From IMG/VR virus record IMGVR_UViG_3300030397_000237, positions 1 through 35,180 of that record: a stretch of DNA of 35,180 nucleotides; one strand, 5' to 3'. The notes beneath the pieces were generated by a model that made no database searches, was not told the origin of the DNA, and saw only the letters and a list, made by a program, of their open reading frames with translations. The stretch's first letter is position 1; each line of letters begins with the position of its first letter. A program made the translations under genes and the position numbers. Origin of the DNA: a virus (taxonomy: Duplodnaviria; Caudoviricetes). Positions 1 through 9,120 of the stretch are shown one piece after another.

Positions 1-123
1 TGCTTGTGCCTGTTATTGATTTAATCAACCAAGATCCAGAGATTGGCAGTTTATGTAATAGTAACGCTCACTATAGAACAAGGGATAAGATAAGCAAAGA
101 GAGGTGTATGAAGTTATTTGGCA
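1..123. repeat. Terminal direct repeat, copy 1 (circular-assembly overlap)
   Basis: 1-123 is identical to 35058-35180; a reading frame runs uninterrupted across the junction. Confidence 0.97.
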
Positions 124-212
124 GGCCCTATTTTACTTATCATCCTTTTATAACAGAGAGGTTATTTGGAACCTATTGCGGAATGAAAAACCTAAAACTA
201 AAGCACCTTTGA
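1..212 (+). CDS. C-terminal part of the junction-spanning DUF4422-like glycosyltransferase (starts at 34598)
   Basis: ORF 6..212 is in frame with the ORF from 34598 once the genome is circularised; contains PFITERLF, like the conserved (G/P)FLxERL tail of DUF4422 proteins. Confidence 0.7.
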   Translation, partial: LVPVIDLINQDPEIGSLCNSNAHYRTRDKISKERCMKLFGRPYFTYHPFITERLFGTYCGMKNLKLKHL

Positions 213-940
213 AATTTCTAATTATAAGTACGGGTTTTAACTGTAAGGATTACGTTCATAAGAATTACACTTCTGTAATAAATCAAACCTATGATAATTG
301 GGAGCATATTATAATTAATGATGCCAGTAAAGATGGAACAGCTTCTAGGTTAAACTGGATGGCTGATGATCCTAGGGTTAAAGTTATCCATAACAGCAAT
401 AATATGGGAGCTGCTTATAATAGATGGAAAGCCGTACAAGAATCTACTATAGGCCCAGAAGATGTTGTTTGTTTATTGGGTTTAGATGATCATTTGTTTC
501 CAAATGCTTTAGAGATAGTAAAACAAGAGTATGATAACGGTAAGTGGATGACGTATGGTAATTGGGTAAATCAACATGGTATAAAATGTAGAACAGATCT
601 TTATTTCCCTGAGAATGTTCATAAGAAAAGAAACTATAGAAAAGTAAAGTATAGAAGTACTGCGTTGAATACCTTTAAAAGAAAACTGTTTGATGCGATC
701 CCAGAAGAAGATTTTAAATTAAATGGCGAGTGGATAGATTCTACTACTGAAAGTGAGTTGATGTTTTCTTGTTTGGAGATGTGTGGAAAGGATCGGATAG
801 GAGTGATAGAAGAACCTATTTATTATTATAACGAATCACTATCTAACGGAACCCTAAGAAGGCTGGGGGTAGATTATAAGTATAATATATATTATAAAAT
901 AACGGACCGAGATAAAAAACCTTTATACGAGAATTTATGA
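209..940 (+). CDS. Family 2 glycosyltransferase (GT-A fold); probable start TTG at 209
   Basis: KFLIISTGFN...SVINQTYDNWEHIIINDASKDG...NMGAAYNR...LLGLDDHL matches a GT2 N-terminus; TTG 209 overlaps the upstream TGA (TTGA coupling), more plausible than a start at 104. Confidence 0.88.
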   Translation: MKFLIISTGFNCKDYVHKNYTSVINQTYDNWEHIIINDASKDGTASRLNWMADDPRVKVIHNSNNMGAAYNRWKAVQESTIGPEDVVCLLGLDDHLFPNALEIVKQEYDNGKWMTYGNWVNQHGIKCRTDLYFPENVHKKRNYRKVKYRSTALNTFKRKLFDAIPEEDFKLNGEWIDSTTESELMFSCLEMCGKDRIGVIEEPIYYYNESLSNGTLRRLGVDYKYNIYYKITDRDKKPLYENL

Positions 941-1653
941 ATGTATCAGTAGTAATGAACAGCGTTGGAGAACGTGAAGATTGGTTTCATGAAGCTGTTA
1001 GTGATGTGTTAGGGCAATATAAGGTAGATGTACACCTAATACTTTGTACTATTGAGGGAGATAACTGTTTAAAATGGATCAAAAAGTATGAAGGTGATAT
1101 AGAAACCTTAGTTATAAAAAAGAAGGATCACCCAGGGAAAGGGCCGAATGGGTCATTTTATCAGTTGAACAAAGCGGTTCAGTTAATAAAGAACGATTGG
1201 TTCATATTTGCCTCTAGTAATTGCAGGTTAGTTGGCCATAAATACCACACCGAGATAAGTAAGTGTTTAAAAGAAGGAAAGAAAGTATGCTACTCGGATA
1301 TGTTTATAACAGACGAAGATCTTAATATAAAAAGGAGAACATATTTCGGGCCTTACAGTATTAAGAAGCATTTGTCTAGCAATTTTATTCCAGATCAATC
1401 TATGGCTAGTTCGGAGCTTATCAAAAAATATTTGCCATTTAGAACGTTATGGTTTAATTGTGGGTATTGGGATATGTGGCTAAGGATTTACCGAGAAGAG
1501 GGAAATGTGTTTACTTACAACGATCAGCCTGTAAGGTGGTATAGACGGGATGATGACAGTATGAGCGTAAAAAGAAGTAAAAATCCTAAAGAGCATGAAG
1601 AGTATTTACGGCAACAACAACTCTTTTTAAAAGAACATAGGCAATGGTTGTAA
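937..1653 (+). CDS. GT2-like glycosyltransferase (divergent DxD region)
   Basis: MNVSVVM...EAVSDVLGQ...QLNKAVQLIKNDWFIFASSN...VCYSD...YWDMWLRI...YRR follows the GT2 pattern; the DxD position reads SSN. Confidence 0.75.
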   Translation: MNVSVVMNSVGEREDWFHEAVSDVLGQYKVDVHLILCTIEGDNCLKWIKKYEGDIETLVIKKKDHPGKGPNGSFYQLNKAVQLIKNDWFIFASSNCRLVGHKYHTEISKCLKEGKKVCYSDMFITDEDLNIKRRTYFGPYSIKKHLSSNFIPDQSMASSELIKKYLPFRTLWFNCGYWDMWLRIYREEGNVFTYNDQPVRWYRRDDDSMSVKRSKNPKEHEEYLRQQQLFLKEHRQWL

Positions 1654-2552
1654 CCAGTATCTGTAGTGATGATTATGCTAATTTCATGTATGATAACGCT
1701 AATGCTTTAAGGAGTGTTGGCTTAGAGGTACACGATCTAAAAATTAACCCTCACCAGTTCGGATACGAAAACCAGTCTAAAGTTACCTCCCTTAACGAGA
1801 TGAGGCACTGGGTAAAAAAAAGCGATGTACTTCAGATATTTCATTCCGATGCTTACCTGTTTCAGCTTACCCAGAACCTATGTAAGAAGATTGTAGTTCA
1901 CCACACTGGTACTCCTTATAGAATGGCATACAAACATATGAATAGGGTGTTTAATGTAAAATGTAAAAAGAGCATTCTTGCTTTGGGGGAGTTTGAGAGG
2001 CTAGGATCTATAAGGCCAGAATATGTTGTTGGATCAATAGACATTGACAAGTATAAGCCAAAATACATTCCTAAAAGCAGAAAAGTAAAGTTTGGGCATT
2101 ACCCTTCTAATCCACAAGTAAAGGGAACTGGAGTTATTAATAGAGCTATCGGAAAGGTAGGGGTTGAGTATTTGCATAGCGTGGAGAAAGTGAATTATAA
2201 GGATCAGCTAAAAAGAATGAGTAAGTGTGATGTTTATATTGAGCTGTTTGCTCCTAAGCAAGATGGTAGACCGTACGGAAGCTGGGGTATTACTGCTTTA
2301 GAAGCTGCGGCCTTGGGGAAGGTGGTTATTACCAATCACACCAGTAAAGCTTATTATGAGAAATTTTACCCTAAGAGCGAACTTGAAGTAGTTAGTACAC
2401 CTAATGAGCTAGAGGCGAAAATTCGCCAATATAACCAAATGAGTATTGGAGAGATAAGGGCAAAGCAAGAAAAAACACGAAAATGGATAGAAGATAACCA
2501 CTCTTATGTTCCTACGGGTAATAGGTTAAAAAATATATTGTATGGATTATAA
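1644..2552 (+). CDS. GT-B (GT4-like) glycosyltransferase
   Basis: HYPSNPQVKGT...CDVYIE...WGITALEAAALGKVVIT is the typical GT-B C-terminal motif. Confidence 0.82.
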   Translation: MVVTSICSDDYANFMYDNANALRSVGLEVHDLKINPHQFGYENQSKVTSLNEMRHWVKKSDVLQIFHSDAYLFQLTQNLCKKIVVHHTGTPYRMAYKHMNRVFNVKCKKSILALGEFERLGSIRPEYVVGSIDIDKYKPKYIPKSRKVKFGHYPSNPQVKGTGVINRAIGKVGVEYLHSVEKVNYKDQLKRMSKCDVYIELFAPKQDGRPYGSWGITALEAAALGKVVITNHTSKAYYEKFYPKSELEVVSTPNELEAKIRQYNQMSIGEIRAKQEKTRKWIEDNHSYVPTGNRLKNILYGL

Positions 2553-3108
2553 AGAACGGCTAACCAACTGGAACGCTACAGATTTTTATAAGTTAGAAAT
2601 GGATTTTATGATAAAAATCATAAATCCTAAAAGAGGAGAGAGGTTGTTAGATTATGGTTGTGGTACAGGTTACATGATGGGCCATATAAACCATACTTAC
2701 CCTTGTGAGGTGTACGGGTATGATGCGAATAACTATTTAGATCCTAGATGGGTAAATGGAGAGATTGAATTTAGGTTAAGAGATGAGTACTATTTTCAGT
2801 TCCACAAGGTTTATTTTATGCACTCTATAGCTCATGTAGAAAATATTCATTCTAAGCTAGAGATACTGAAAGAAGATCTTCTAGAAGAGGGAGGTGAAGT
2901 GTATGTGATGACGCCTAATAAAAGTTGGCTGGAGTATAAGAACGAAGATAAAGATTACAAATCAGATGATACAGTAATAGAGCATTTCGATGTAAATACT
3001 TTAAGTAAGCTGTTTTTGGATGTAGGTTATAAGGTAGATTATGTAGGGCAATACGGATCGATTATTAAGAATCAGTGTGAGCGTGTTTTTATAAAAGCTA
3101 TCAAATGA
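2542..3108 (+). CDS. Class I SAM-dependent methyltransferase
   Basis: LLDYGCGTG motif I, VYGYD, HSIAHV...GGEVYVMTPN. Confidence 0.88.
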   Translation: MDYKERLTNWNATDFYKLEMDFMIKIINPKRGERLLDYGCGTGYMMGHINHTYPCEVYGYDANNYLDPRWVNGEIEFRLRDEYYFQFHKVYFMHSIAHVENIHSKLEILKEDLLEEGGEVYVMTPNKSWLEYKNEDKDYKSDDTVIEHFDVNTLSKLFLDVGYKVDYVGQYGSIIKNQCERVFIKAIK

Positions 3109-3851
3109 AACTAGTAGGTATTTGGACCATATTCGATAACGAAGAGCTTTTAGAGGGTAGTATAAACCAGATTAAAGATCACCTCGACAAGGTGGTGGTT
3201 ATTTATCAGAAGGTAAGTAATTTCGGTGAAGAGAGAGATATAACGTTATTCCTTAAAGATGTTTTGTATAGAACAGGTGGAGAACTTATTGAGTATGTGC
3301 CTAATTTGAAAGGTGATTCACATTACAACCAACAAAGCAAATTAAAGCAAGCATTAAAATACGTTCAAGATTATTCACATTATATTTATTTAGCCGCTGA
3401 TGAGTATTACGATACAGAACAATTCTTGGTTAATAAGATTAAGATCAGTTACGGAGGTTATGATAGTAGTGCGTGTCGGATGTATACTTATTTTAAAACT
3501 CCTGAGTATCGGCTAAAGCCTATAGAGAACTATTATGTTCCTTTTATAAGTTCTGTTCCTAAAAATCCAGTTTTTAACCAGAAAAGGTATCCTGTAAAGG
3601 TAGATCCTTCAAGATGTATTGTTCCTTGTAAGAGGTTTTATAAGTTCGAAGAGGAGGAGTTGATGATGCACCACTATAGTTGGGTACGTAGAGATCTAAA
3701 AAGAAAGCTAAAAAACCACTCTTTGAGCGTAAGGTATAATATAGAAAAGATCGAAAATGAGGTAAAATCATGGCAATTTGGTCAAAAATTACCCTTTTTT
3801 AACGGTTTTGAAGCCGAAAAGTGCGAAAACGAATTTCATGTTTCAATTTAA
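3105..3851 (+). CDS. Putative GT-A fold glycosyltransferase
   Basis: MKLVGIWTIFDNEELLEGSI..I..HLDKVVV, YIYLAADEYY (DxD-like), MHHYSWVR; lies within the GT cluster. Confidence 0.65.
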   Translation: MKLVGIWTIFDNEELLEGSINQIKDHLDKVVVIYQKVSNFGEERDITLFLKDVLYRTGGELIEYVPNLKGDSHYNQQSKLKQALKYVQDYSHYIYLAADEYYDTEQFLVNKIKISYGGYDSSACRMYTYFKTPEYRLKPIENYYVPFISSVPKNPVFNQKRYPVKVDPSRCIVPCKRFYKFEEEELMMHHYSWVRRDLKRKLKNHSLSVRYNIEKIENEVKSWQFGQKLPFFNGFEAEKCENEFHVSI

Positions 3852-3885
3852 TATACAGTAAACCTTCTTTTAATACCTAATTTGA
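3839..3885 (+). promoter_or_regulatory. Putative late promoter of the portal operon
   Basis: TGTTTCAATTTAATATACA (3839-3857), 20-bp spacer, TAATTTGA (3878-3885), ATG at 3889; 18/19 identical to the site at 31623. Confidence 0.65.
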
Positions 3886-3888
3886 GGT

Positions 3889-5181
3889 ATGAAGAAGAGG
3901 AGAAAGCTATCTGGTAATGAACCGTCCATAATGTTTTTTGATTTAGGAAAAGATGTAAATACTTCTCCTATCATAAGCGAAAGGATAGCAAAACAAAAGC
4001 CTTACGTATTCTTTGGTAAGGATAACTTATTCCCACAAGATTTAATAGCCCTTTCAGATAACTCTACGTTACATTCAGCTTTGTTAGAAACCAGTTCTAA
4101 GTGGATAGCAGGAGATGGATTGGTAATAGAGGCTGACAGTGATAGGGAAAGAAAAAAAGCCCAAGATGTGCTTAATGATCTTTTCGAAGATGAAAGGTAT
4201 TTATGGAAAATAGCCAAGGATGTAGCTTTGTTTGGAGGTTATTATTTGAATGTGTTATGGAATAACGGGGGCCAGATAGAGCAGTTAAAGCATGTAGATT
4301 TCTCTACTATCAGGGTTAGCAAGATGGATGTTCAGACTAAAGAGATCCCAAGCTATTGGTTTAGCTCTGATTGGAAAGTAGCTACACATAAAAGGCAGTA
4401 TACGGGGCAAGATGTTATCTATGAACCAGAGGAGATAGCCGCTTTTGATCCTAAAACCATAAGAGATCATTTAAGTAGAGAGCATGGCCAATTACTACAG
4501 ATAAAAGATTACAAACCTGGTAAGTTGTTTTATGCGGAACCTATGTATTTGGGGGCTTTATCGTATATAGACATAAGCGGCAAGGTAGGTGATTTACACC
4601 AGGCTAACCTTAAGAACGGGTTTGTTCCTAACTATCACATGCACCTTTTTGAAGATTTGAGTGATCCAGAAAAAAGAAGAAGGGTAGAGCAAGGTATTAA
4701 TGAGAAGTTCGCAGGCAGCCATAACGCTGGTAAGATAGTTGTTACTTACTCTTCAGATGCTGATATAAGGCCAATGTTAGAGCCGTTACAGGCTAACAAC
4801 GTTCACGAAATGTATACTTTGTTGAACGAAAAGGTAAACGCAGAGATTATAATGGCACATAGGATACCTCCTTATTTAGCGAATATCAATATCAATAATG
4901 GATTCTCAGATAACGGAAACGCTATGAGAGTTTCTACTGAGTTATATCAAAATACCGTGGTACTTCCTTATCAAAGAATGATAACAAATGTATTAGATAA
5001 GTTATTAAGGATAAACGGAGTTGAAGTAAAAACAACTATAGCAGGATTGAACCCTATGAGCTTATTAGGAGATGTAGAGTTGATTAAAGAAACGGTATTT
5101 AAAAACGAGTATAGAGTAACTCTAGGATTAGAAGAAGATGAGAGTTTAGACGGTATGTTAATTAGTGAAACACCAATGTAG
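3889..5181 (+). CDS. Portal protein
   Basis: 430 aa; FGKDNLFPQ.L..L...S.LH, YAEP.Y.GA, NLKNGF.P, F.GS.NAGK, I..AHRIP, T.V.PYQ pattern of Bacteroidota-phage portals. Confidence 0.88.
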   Translation: MKKRRKLSGNEPSIMFFDLGKDVNTSPIISERIAKQKPYVFFGKDNLFPQDLIALSDNSTLHSALLETSSKWIAGDGLVIEADSDRERKKAQDVLNDLFEDERYLWKIAKDVALFGGYYLNVLWNNGGQIEQLKHVDFSTIRVSKMDVQTKEIPSYWFSSDWKVATHKRQYTGQDVIYEPEEIAAFDPKTIRDHLSREHGQLLQIKDYKPGKLFYAEPMYLGALSYIDISGKVGDLHQANLKNGFVPNYHMHLFEDLSDPEKRRRVEQGINEKFAGSHNAGKIVVTYSSDADIRPMLEPLQANNVHEMYTLLNEKVNAEIIMAHRIPPYLANININNGFSDNGNAMRVSTELYQNTVVLPYQRMITNVLDKLLRINGVEVKTTIAGLNPMSLLGDVELIKETVFKNEYRVTLGLEEDESLDGMLISETPM

Positions 5182-5183
5182 GT

Positions 5184-6608
5184 ATGGCATTAGATTTAGG
5201 TGTATTAATAGGATTAGGAATAAAAGATGAGAAGGCGAAAATTTCGGCTACTGATACTACTACTGACTATTTAGAAGAGAAAATAGTAGCGGGTAGTAAT
5301 ATTACTATTAATGTTTTGAACTCGGGAGGTGACGAGCAGTTAGAGATAGTAGCAGCGGCTGGAGGCACGCCTTCTATAGGAGGAACGATCACAAGTGGAA
5401 CAGATAATGCTGTACTTTTTGTTAATCCAGCGGCAACGTTTGATGAAGATCCTACCAATTTTAGTTATGAGAAAACAGGTGGGATTTTAAGATTAGGAGC
5501 TAACGCCACAATAGGTGGAGATAGATTAGAAATAACGGGATCAGCTAGTACGATAGCAACATTGGCTATTAAAGTAGATAATTCTTCTGGTAATGATTTG
5601 TTTCAGCTTTATGATAGTGGTGATTTCGAGATAGGAAGAGGAGCTACAATAGGTGGTAATGCGAATTCTTTGGCGTTGGGTGTAAGTGCTAATGCAAGTG
5701 CTGGTAACTGTATCGCAATAGGGATAAATTCAGATTCATCATCGGGAGCGAGTTGTACAGCGATAGGTAACGGAGCAACAACAAGTGGTAGCTCTTCTAC
5801 AGCGATAGGTGTAAGTGCTTCTTCAGGAGGTAATAATGTAGCGATAGGCAACAGCGCCACGGCTGGTCAAACTAGTGATGTAGCGATAGGTGATTCGTCA
5901 GATACTTCTGGTTCTGGATCGGGTTTTGCGGTAGCGATAGGATTTCAGGCAACGGTAAATGGAACCAGCGGGGTTGCTATAGGAAGAAATACGGTAGCAG
6001 ACGAAACGGATAGTTCAGCTATAGGATTAAGATCAGAAGCTTACGGAAACGGAGATACTTCGATTGGTTCTTATGCAGGTAATCGAAGCAACACTACTCA
6101 ACCAGCGGCAAGTGCTTATAATGTTTGTTTAGGTAGTGATGTTTGGTTAAGTGCAGCGAATTTAAATCAAGCAATAGCTATAGGATCTAGTGTAAGTGCA
6201 GGAGCAGATCATGCTTTTGTAATAGGATCAGGAACACTTTCGGGAAATGCGATAGATAACGATGAAAGCAATACACTTTTGTTGGGTTGGAATTCTACAA
6301 GCCCTTCTTTTCGGTGGACTAAGAATTCTAATTTCGTTTTAAGAAGCGATTCAGCAATCACCGCAACTACACATTACGATACAACAGGAACTAATGTAAT
6401 AACGATTCATAACGGAACAGAAACGAGTGGATCTATTACGGATGCTATTCAAATTTATGCTAAAGATGCAACAGCTGGAGGGGCTAATAGCACTCTTTCT
6501 CTTTATTGCGAACAAGCAGTGGAGGCGATAGGAACATTTACTCCTAGCCATAAATTGGCTGTATGGATAAATGGAACCGAATACCATATACAACTCGATG
6601 CTGTTTAA
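5184..6608 (+). CDS. Fibre / receptor-binding protein with YadA-head-like (xAIG) repeats
   Basis: About 12 repeats of ~14 aa with an (A/S)(I/L)G core; Gly/Ser/Thr/Ala-rich. Confidence 0.72.
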   Translation: MALDLGVLIGLGIKDEKAKISATDTTTDYLEEKIVAGSNITINVLNSGGDEQLEIVAAAGGTPSIGGTITSGTDNAVLFVNPAATFDEDPTNFSYEKTGGILRLGANATIGGDRLEITGSASTIATLAIKVDNSSGNDLFQLYDSGDFEIGRGATIGGNANSLALGVSANASAGNCIAIGINSDSSSGASCTAIGNGATTSGSSSTAIGVSASSGGNNVAIGNSATAGQTSDVAIGDSSDTSGSGSGFAVAIGFQATVNGTSGVAIGRNTVADETDSSAIGLRSEAYGNGDTSIGSYAGNRSNTTQPAASAYNVCLGSDVWLSAANLNQAIAIGSSVSAGADHAFVIGSGTLSGNAIDNDESNTLLLGWNSTSPSFRWTKNSNFVLRSDSAITATTHYDTTGTNVITIHNGTETSGSITDAIQIYAKDATAGGANSTLSLYCEQAVEAIGTFTPSHKLAVWINGTEYHIQLDAV

Positions 6609-6617
6609 ACTAAAATT

Positions 6618-6938
6618 ATGGGATTTAAGATAACAAAGGATTTAGAAGATAAAGCTGGTTACACGAGTAACGAAGTTTACGTTAATATTGGTAATAAATT
6701 TCTTTATATTAAGGATAAAGAGAAGATAACGATATACCCGTGTGTTTGGAAAAGCAAAACAGATAGGGATAACGGTAAAGATCAGATATTCGTGGGGGGG
6801 ATTAATAATTCTTATCAGTTTGATATGACTACAGAGCATTTAGAGCAGTATTATGCTTATGACGCTATTTATGCCGCCTTAAAGGCGCAAGTAAAAGCAG
6901 ATTTAGAACTAGCAGACAACGAAGTAGTAGACGTATGA
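6618..6938 (+). CDS. Hypothetical protein, possible fibre chaperone
   Basis: 106-aa ORF directly after the fibre gene; A-rich leader. Confidence 0.5.
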   Translation: MGFKITKDLEDKAGYTSNEVYVNIGNKFLYIKDKEKITIYPCVWKSKTDRDNGKDQIFVGGINNSYQFDMTTEHLEQYYAYDAIYAALKAQVKADLELADNEVVDV

Positions 6939-7081
6939 CACCAAAAGAAGCTATTAGTATACTAGAGAACTTAAGAAGCCAAGTACAGGCAACTGGCGAG
7001 GCTCATGATAAAATAAAGCAAGCAATAGACATATTTAAATCTCTTGTAGATGGCAGACAGCAGAACAAAGTTGATAAGTGA
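6935..7081 (+). CDS. Small hypothetical protein (48 aa, MTPKEAISILENLRSQ...), not in the ORF track
   Basis: ATGA overlap with the upstream stop; fills the gap to the next gene. Confidence 0.6.
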   Translation: MTPKEAISILENLRSQVQATGEAHDKIKQAIDIFKSLVDGRQQNKVDK

Positions 7082-7622
7082 GCAGGAAGTTAAAGATTTT
7101 ACTAATATATCTAACAATGTAGATATAAGAGTGTTTGGTCATAACATTTTAGACGCTCAGAACATTTATATTAAGAGTGCTATAGGTGAATGTTTTGATG
7201 ATTTAATCACTCAGACGGCAAACAGTACTTTAACGGCTGCGAATACTACTTTACTAGACGGAAACGGAACCGATTATGACGGTATCAAAGTGGCATTGGC
7301 TTGGTGGGTAGTTTATATGAGCTATCCTGATTTCCATTCTAGGATTACTCCTACAGGTGTACAGGTTAAGAGTGGTGAAGAGTTTACTTCGGTAGATTCT
7401 AGCATGCTGCAACAAAGAATGAATTTAGCTAAGAATAAGGCAGAGTATTATACAGATCAAGTTATTTGTTTTATAAAAGATAATATCAGTGATTACCCAT
7501 GTTATAATGACAGCGATTGCTGTACTACGAAAGTTAGAAACGGTTATGGAACGAGCGGAATTGTTCTTGATGAGCCAGTTGATGACAATGATATAATATT
7601 AACAAAAGATGATTTAATATAA
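7050..7622 (+). CDS. Head-tail adaptor-like structural protein
   Basis: LISEQEVKDFTNISNNVD...I.DAQ..YI...IG pattern typical of Bacteroidota-phage connector (DUF6712-like) proteins; position after the portal. Confidence 0.65.
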   Translation: MADSRTKLISEQEVKDFTNISNNVDIRVFGHNILDAQNIYIKSAIGECFDDLITQTANSTLTAANTTLLDGNGTDYDGIKVALAWWVVYMSYPDFHSRITPTGVQVKSGEEFTSVDSSMLQQRMNLAKNKAEYYTDQVICFIKDNISDYPCYNDSDCCTTKVRNGYGTSGIVLDEPVDDNDIILTKDDLI

Positions 7623-7623
7623 A

Positions 7624-8202
7624 ATGGCTGCAACGATAACACAAGAGGGAGGTTCCCTTAAAGTAGATAAAGGCACGCAAGTAGATTACTACCCATTAGA
7701 TGATATTTCTATGGAAGTAGATACCAACGCAGGGAAGTTGATCTTGCTTAGAAACCAGAATGCTGTAGATTCTTTTTTATATGCTGATATTACTTCACCA
7801 GCGGGTGCTACTATAGAAGATAAGGCCGATGCTATTGCTGCATTCTTAAGTACTGGAGGAGGCGGTGGTGGAGATGCTACTGCGGCTAACCAGACTACTA
7901 TGATTGGACATTTAGATGCTATCGAGAAAGGAACAGTAGGATCTGTAAACTCAGTAACTAGTGTTGCTGGATCAGCTAGTAGTGTTCAATTGTTGGCGAG
8001 TAATACAGATAGAACAGAGGTTATTATAAATAATGATTCTAGTGCTACTCTTTATGTGAAGTTAGGAACTACGGCTTCTACCACGAGTTATACTTATAAG
8101 TTATTACAAGATGATGTAGCGATTGTTTCTTCTTATACTGGAAGGATAGATGGTATTTGGGGTAGCGCAACGGGTAATGCACGAATAACAGAAATAGACT
8201 AA
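7624..8202 (+). CDS. Virion structural protein (two domains, Gly linker)
   Basis: GGGGGG linker, DATAANQ motif, C-terminal beta-rich domain (LLASNTDR...IINNDS...LYV.LG). Confidence 0.55.
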   Translation: MAATITQEGGSLKVDKGTQVDYYPLDDISMEVDTNAGKLILLRNQNAVDSFLYADITSPAGATIEDKADAIAAFLSTGGGGGGDATAANQTTMIGHLDAIEKGTVGSVNSVTSVAGSASSVQLLASNTDRTEVIINNDSSATLYVKLGTTASTTSYTYKLLQDDVAIVSSYTGRIDGIWGSATGNARITEID

Positions 8203-8227
8203 GCTCTAAAGAGCGCAAACTAAAGTT

Positions 8228-8935
8228 ATGAGCACAGTAATAAGAGCAAGTAAATTTCCTAAAGAATTTATTAAAGATCTACAGCTAGAATTTAATAGTA
8301 CTAGTACGGTTGATATTTTAGCTGGTTCATGTCGAGATGAAGATGATACTCATGATATTGTTTCTGATTCAACTATTAATGTTGATATTACCTCAAGTGG
8401 AGCAGGAGGTTTAGATACAGGAAGTGAAGCTTCGAACACACACTATTTTGTTTGGATCATTAAAAACACCGATAGTGGAGTAATAGACGGTATTTTGTCA
8501 ACTAGTTCTTCTTCACCTACTATGCCTTCTGGCTTTAACGTAAGAAGGTTGTTAGGATCTGTAAGGAATAACGTAGGAAGTAATTTCTTTGATTTTAAAA
8601 TGTTTGGTGCAGGCAGTAATAGGTTTGTAGAGTATATGGAGAATTCAGGAACTACAATGAGGGCGTTAAGTGCAGGAACGGCAGGAACCAAAACTAATGT
8701 TGATTTAAGCTCTTTTGTGCCTAGTATTTCTGAGGAAGTTTATTTACAAGGAACCAATACAGCAACAGGGGTGTGTCAGTTAAGGCCAGATACTTATAGT
8801 ATAAACGCTGTAGCGGCTGTTAGTGGAGGTAGTTCTATATTTAGAATGTTTGCTCCTGGCCAGATCGTGGAGTACAGTGTTATAGGAGGCGGTTCTTTAA
8901 ATTTGGATTGTTTAGGATTTTATTTGAACTTATGA
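8228..8935 (+). CDS. Tail-fibre-related structural protein
   Basis: AG.CRD, GAGGLDTGSEASNTHY.V, S.S...PTMPSG...RR.LGS motifs typical of phage fibre domains. Confidence 0.6.
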   Translation: MSTVIRASKFPKEFIKDLQLEFNSTSTVDILAGSCRDEDDTHDIVSDSTINVDITSSGAGGLDTGSEASNTHYFVWIIKNTDSGVIDGILSTSSSSPTMPSGFNVRRLLGSVRNNVGSNFFDFKMFGAGSNRFVEYMENSGTTMRALSAGTAGTKTNVDLSSFVPSISEEVYLQGTNTATGVCQLRPDTYSINAVAAVSGGSSIFRMFAPGQIVEYSVIGGGSLNLDCLGFYLNL

Positions 8936-9120
8936 AAATTGTTTACAATAGTATTACAAAGGTAATTCGGTCCGCTGGATACGTAGATCTAGAATTGGAA
9001 GATGTTTATAACGATGCTACAGAAACGTGTGTAGTATGGGATGGAGTTTTAAACCCAGGTATAGAATTTACGGTATGGTATTGGGATGAAGTAAACGAAG
9101 AGCCAACAGAAGCATTATAA
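8932..9120 (+). CDS. Small hypothetical protein, possible fibre assembly factor; probable start ATG 8932
   Basis: ATGA overlap with the upstream stop; acidic, WYWD near the C-terminus. Confidence 0.5.
   Translation: MKIVYNSITKVIRSAGYVDLELEDVYNDATETCVVWDGVLNPGIEFTVWYWDEVNEEPTEAL

Noticed and set aside
1-123. 123-bp terminal repeat as a biological DTR
   Set aside because: It falls in the middle of a gene that reads through the junction, which fits an assembler overlap of a circular or permuted genome
104-208. N-terminal 35 aa of ORF 104..940
   Set aside because: Overlaps the upstream gene out of frame; the GT2 motif begins at the TTG at 209
1-3851. GT cluster as a T4-like DNA glucosylation system
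   Set aside because: No hydroxymethylase, TET/JBP, nucleotide kinase or phage polymerase is present, and the cluster lies among structural genes; kept only as a minor alternative
5640-6240. Recurrent GCGATAGG as a CRISPR or DGR repeat
   Set aside because: It is the codon trace of the AIG protein repeats; no spacers, no reverse transcriptase, no adenine-specific template/variable pair
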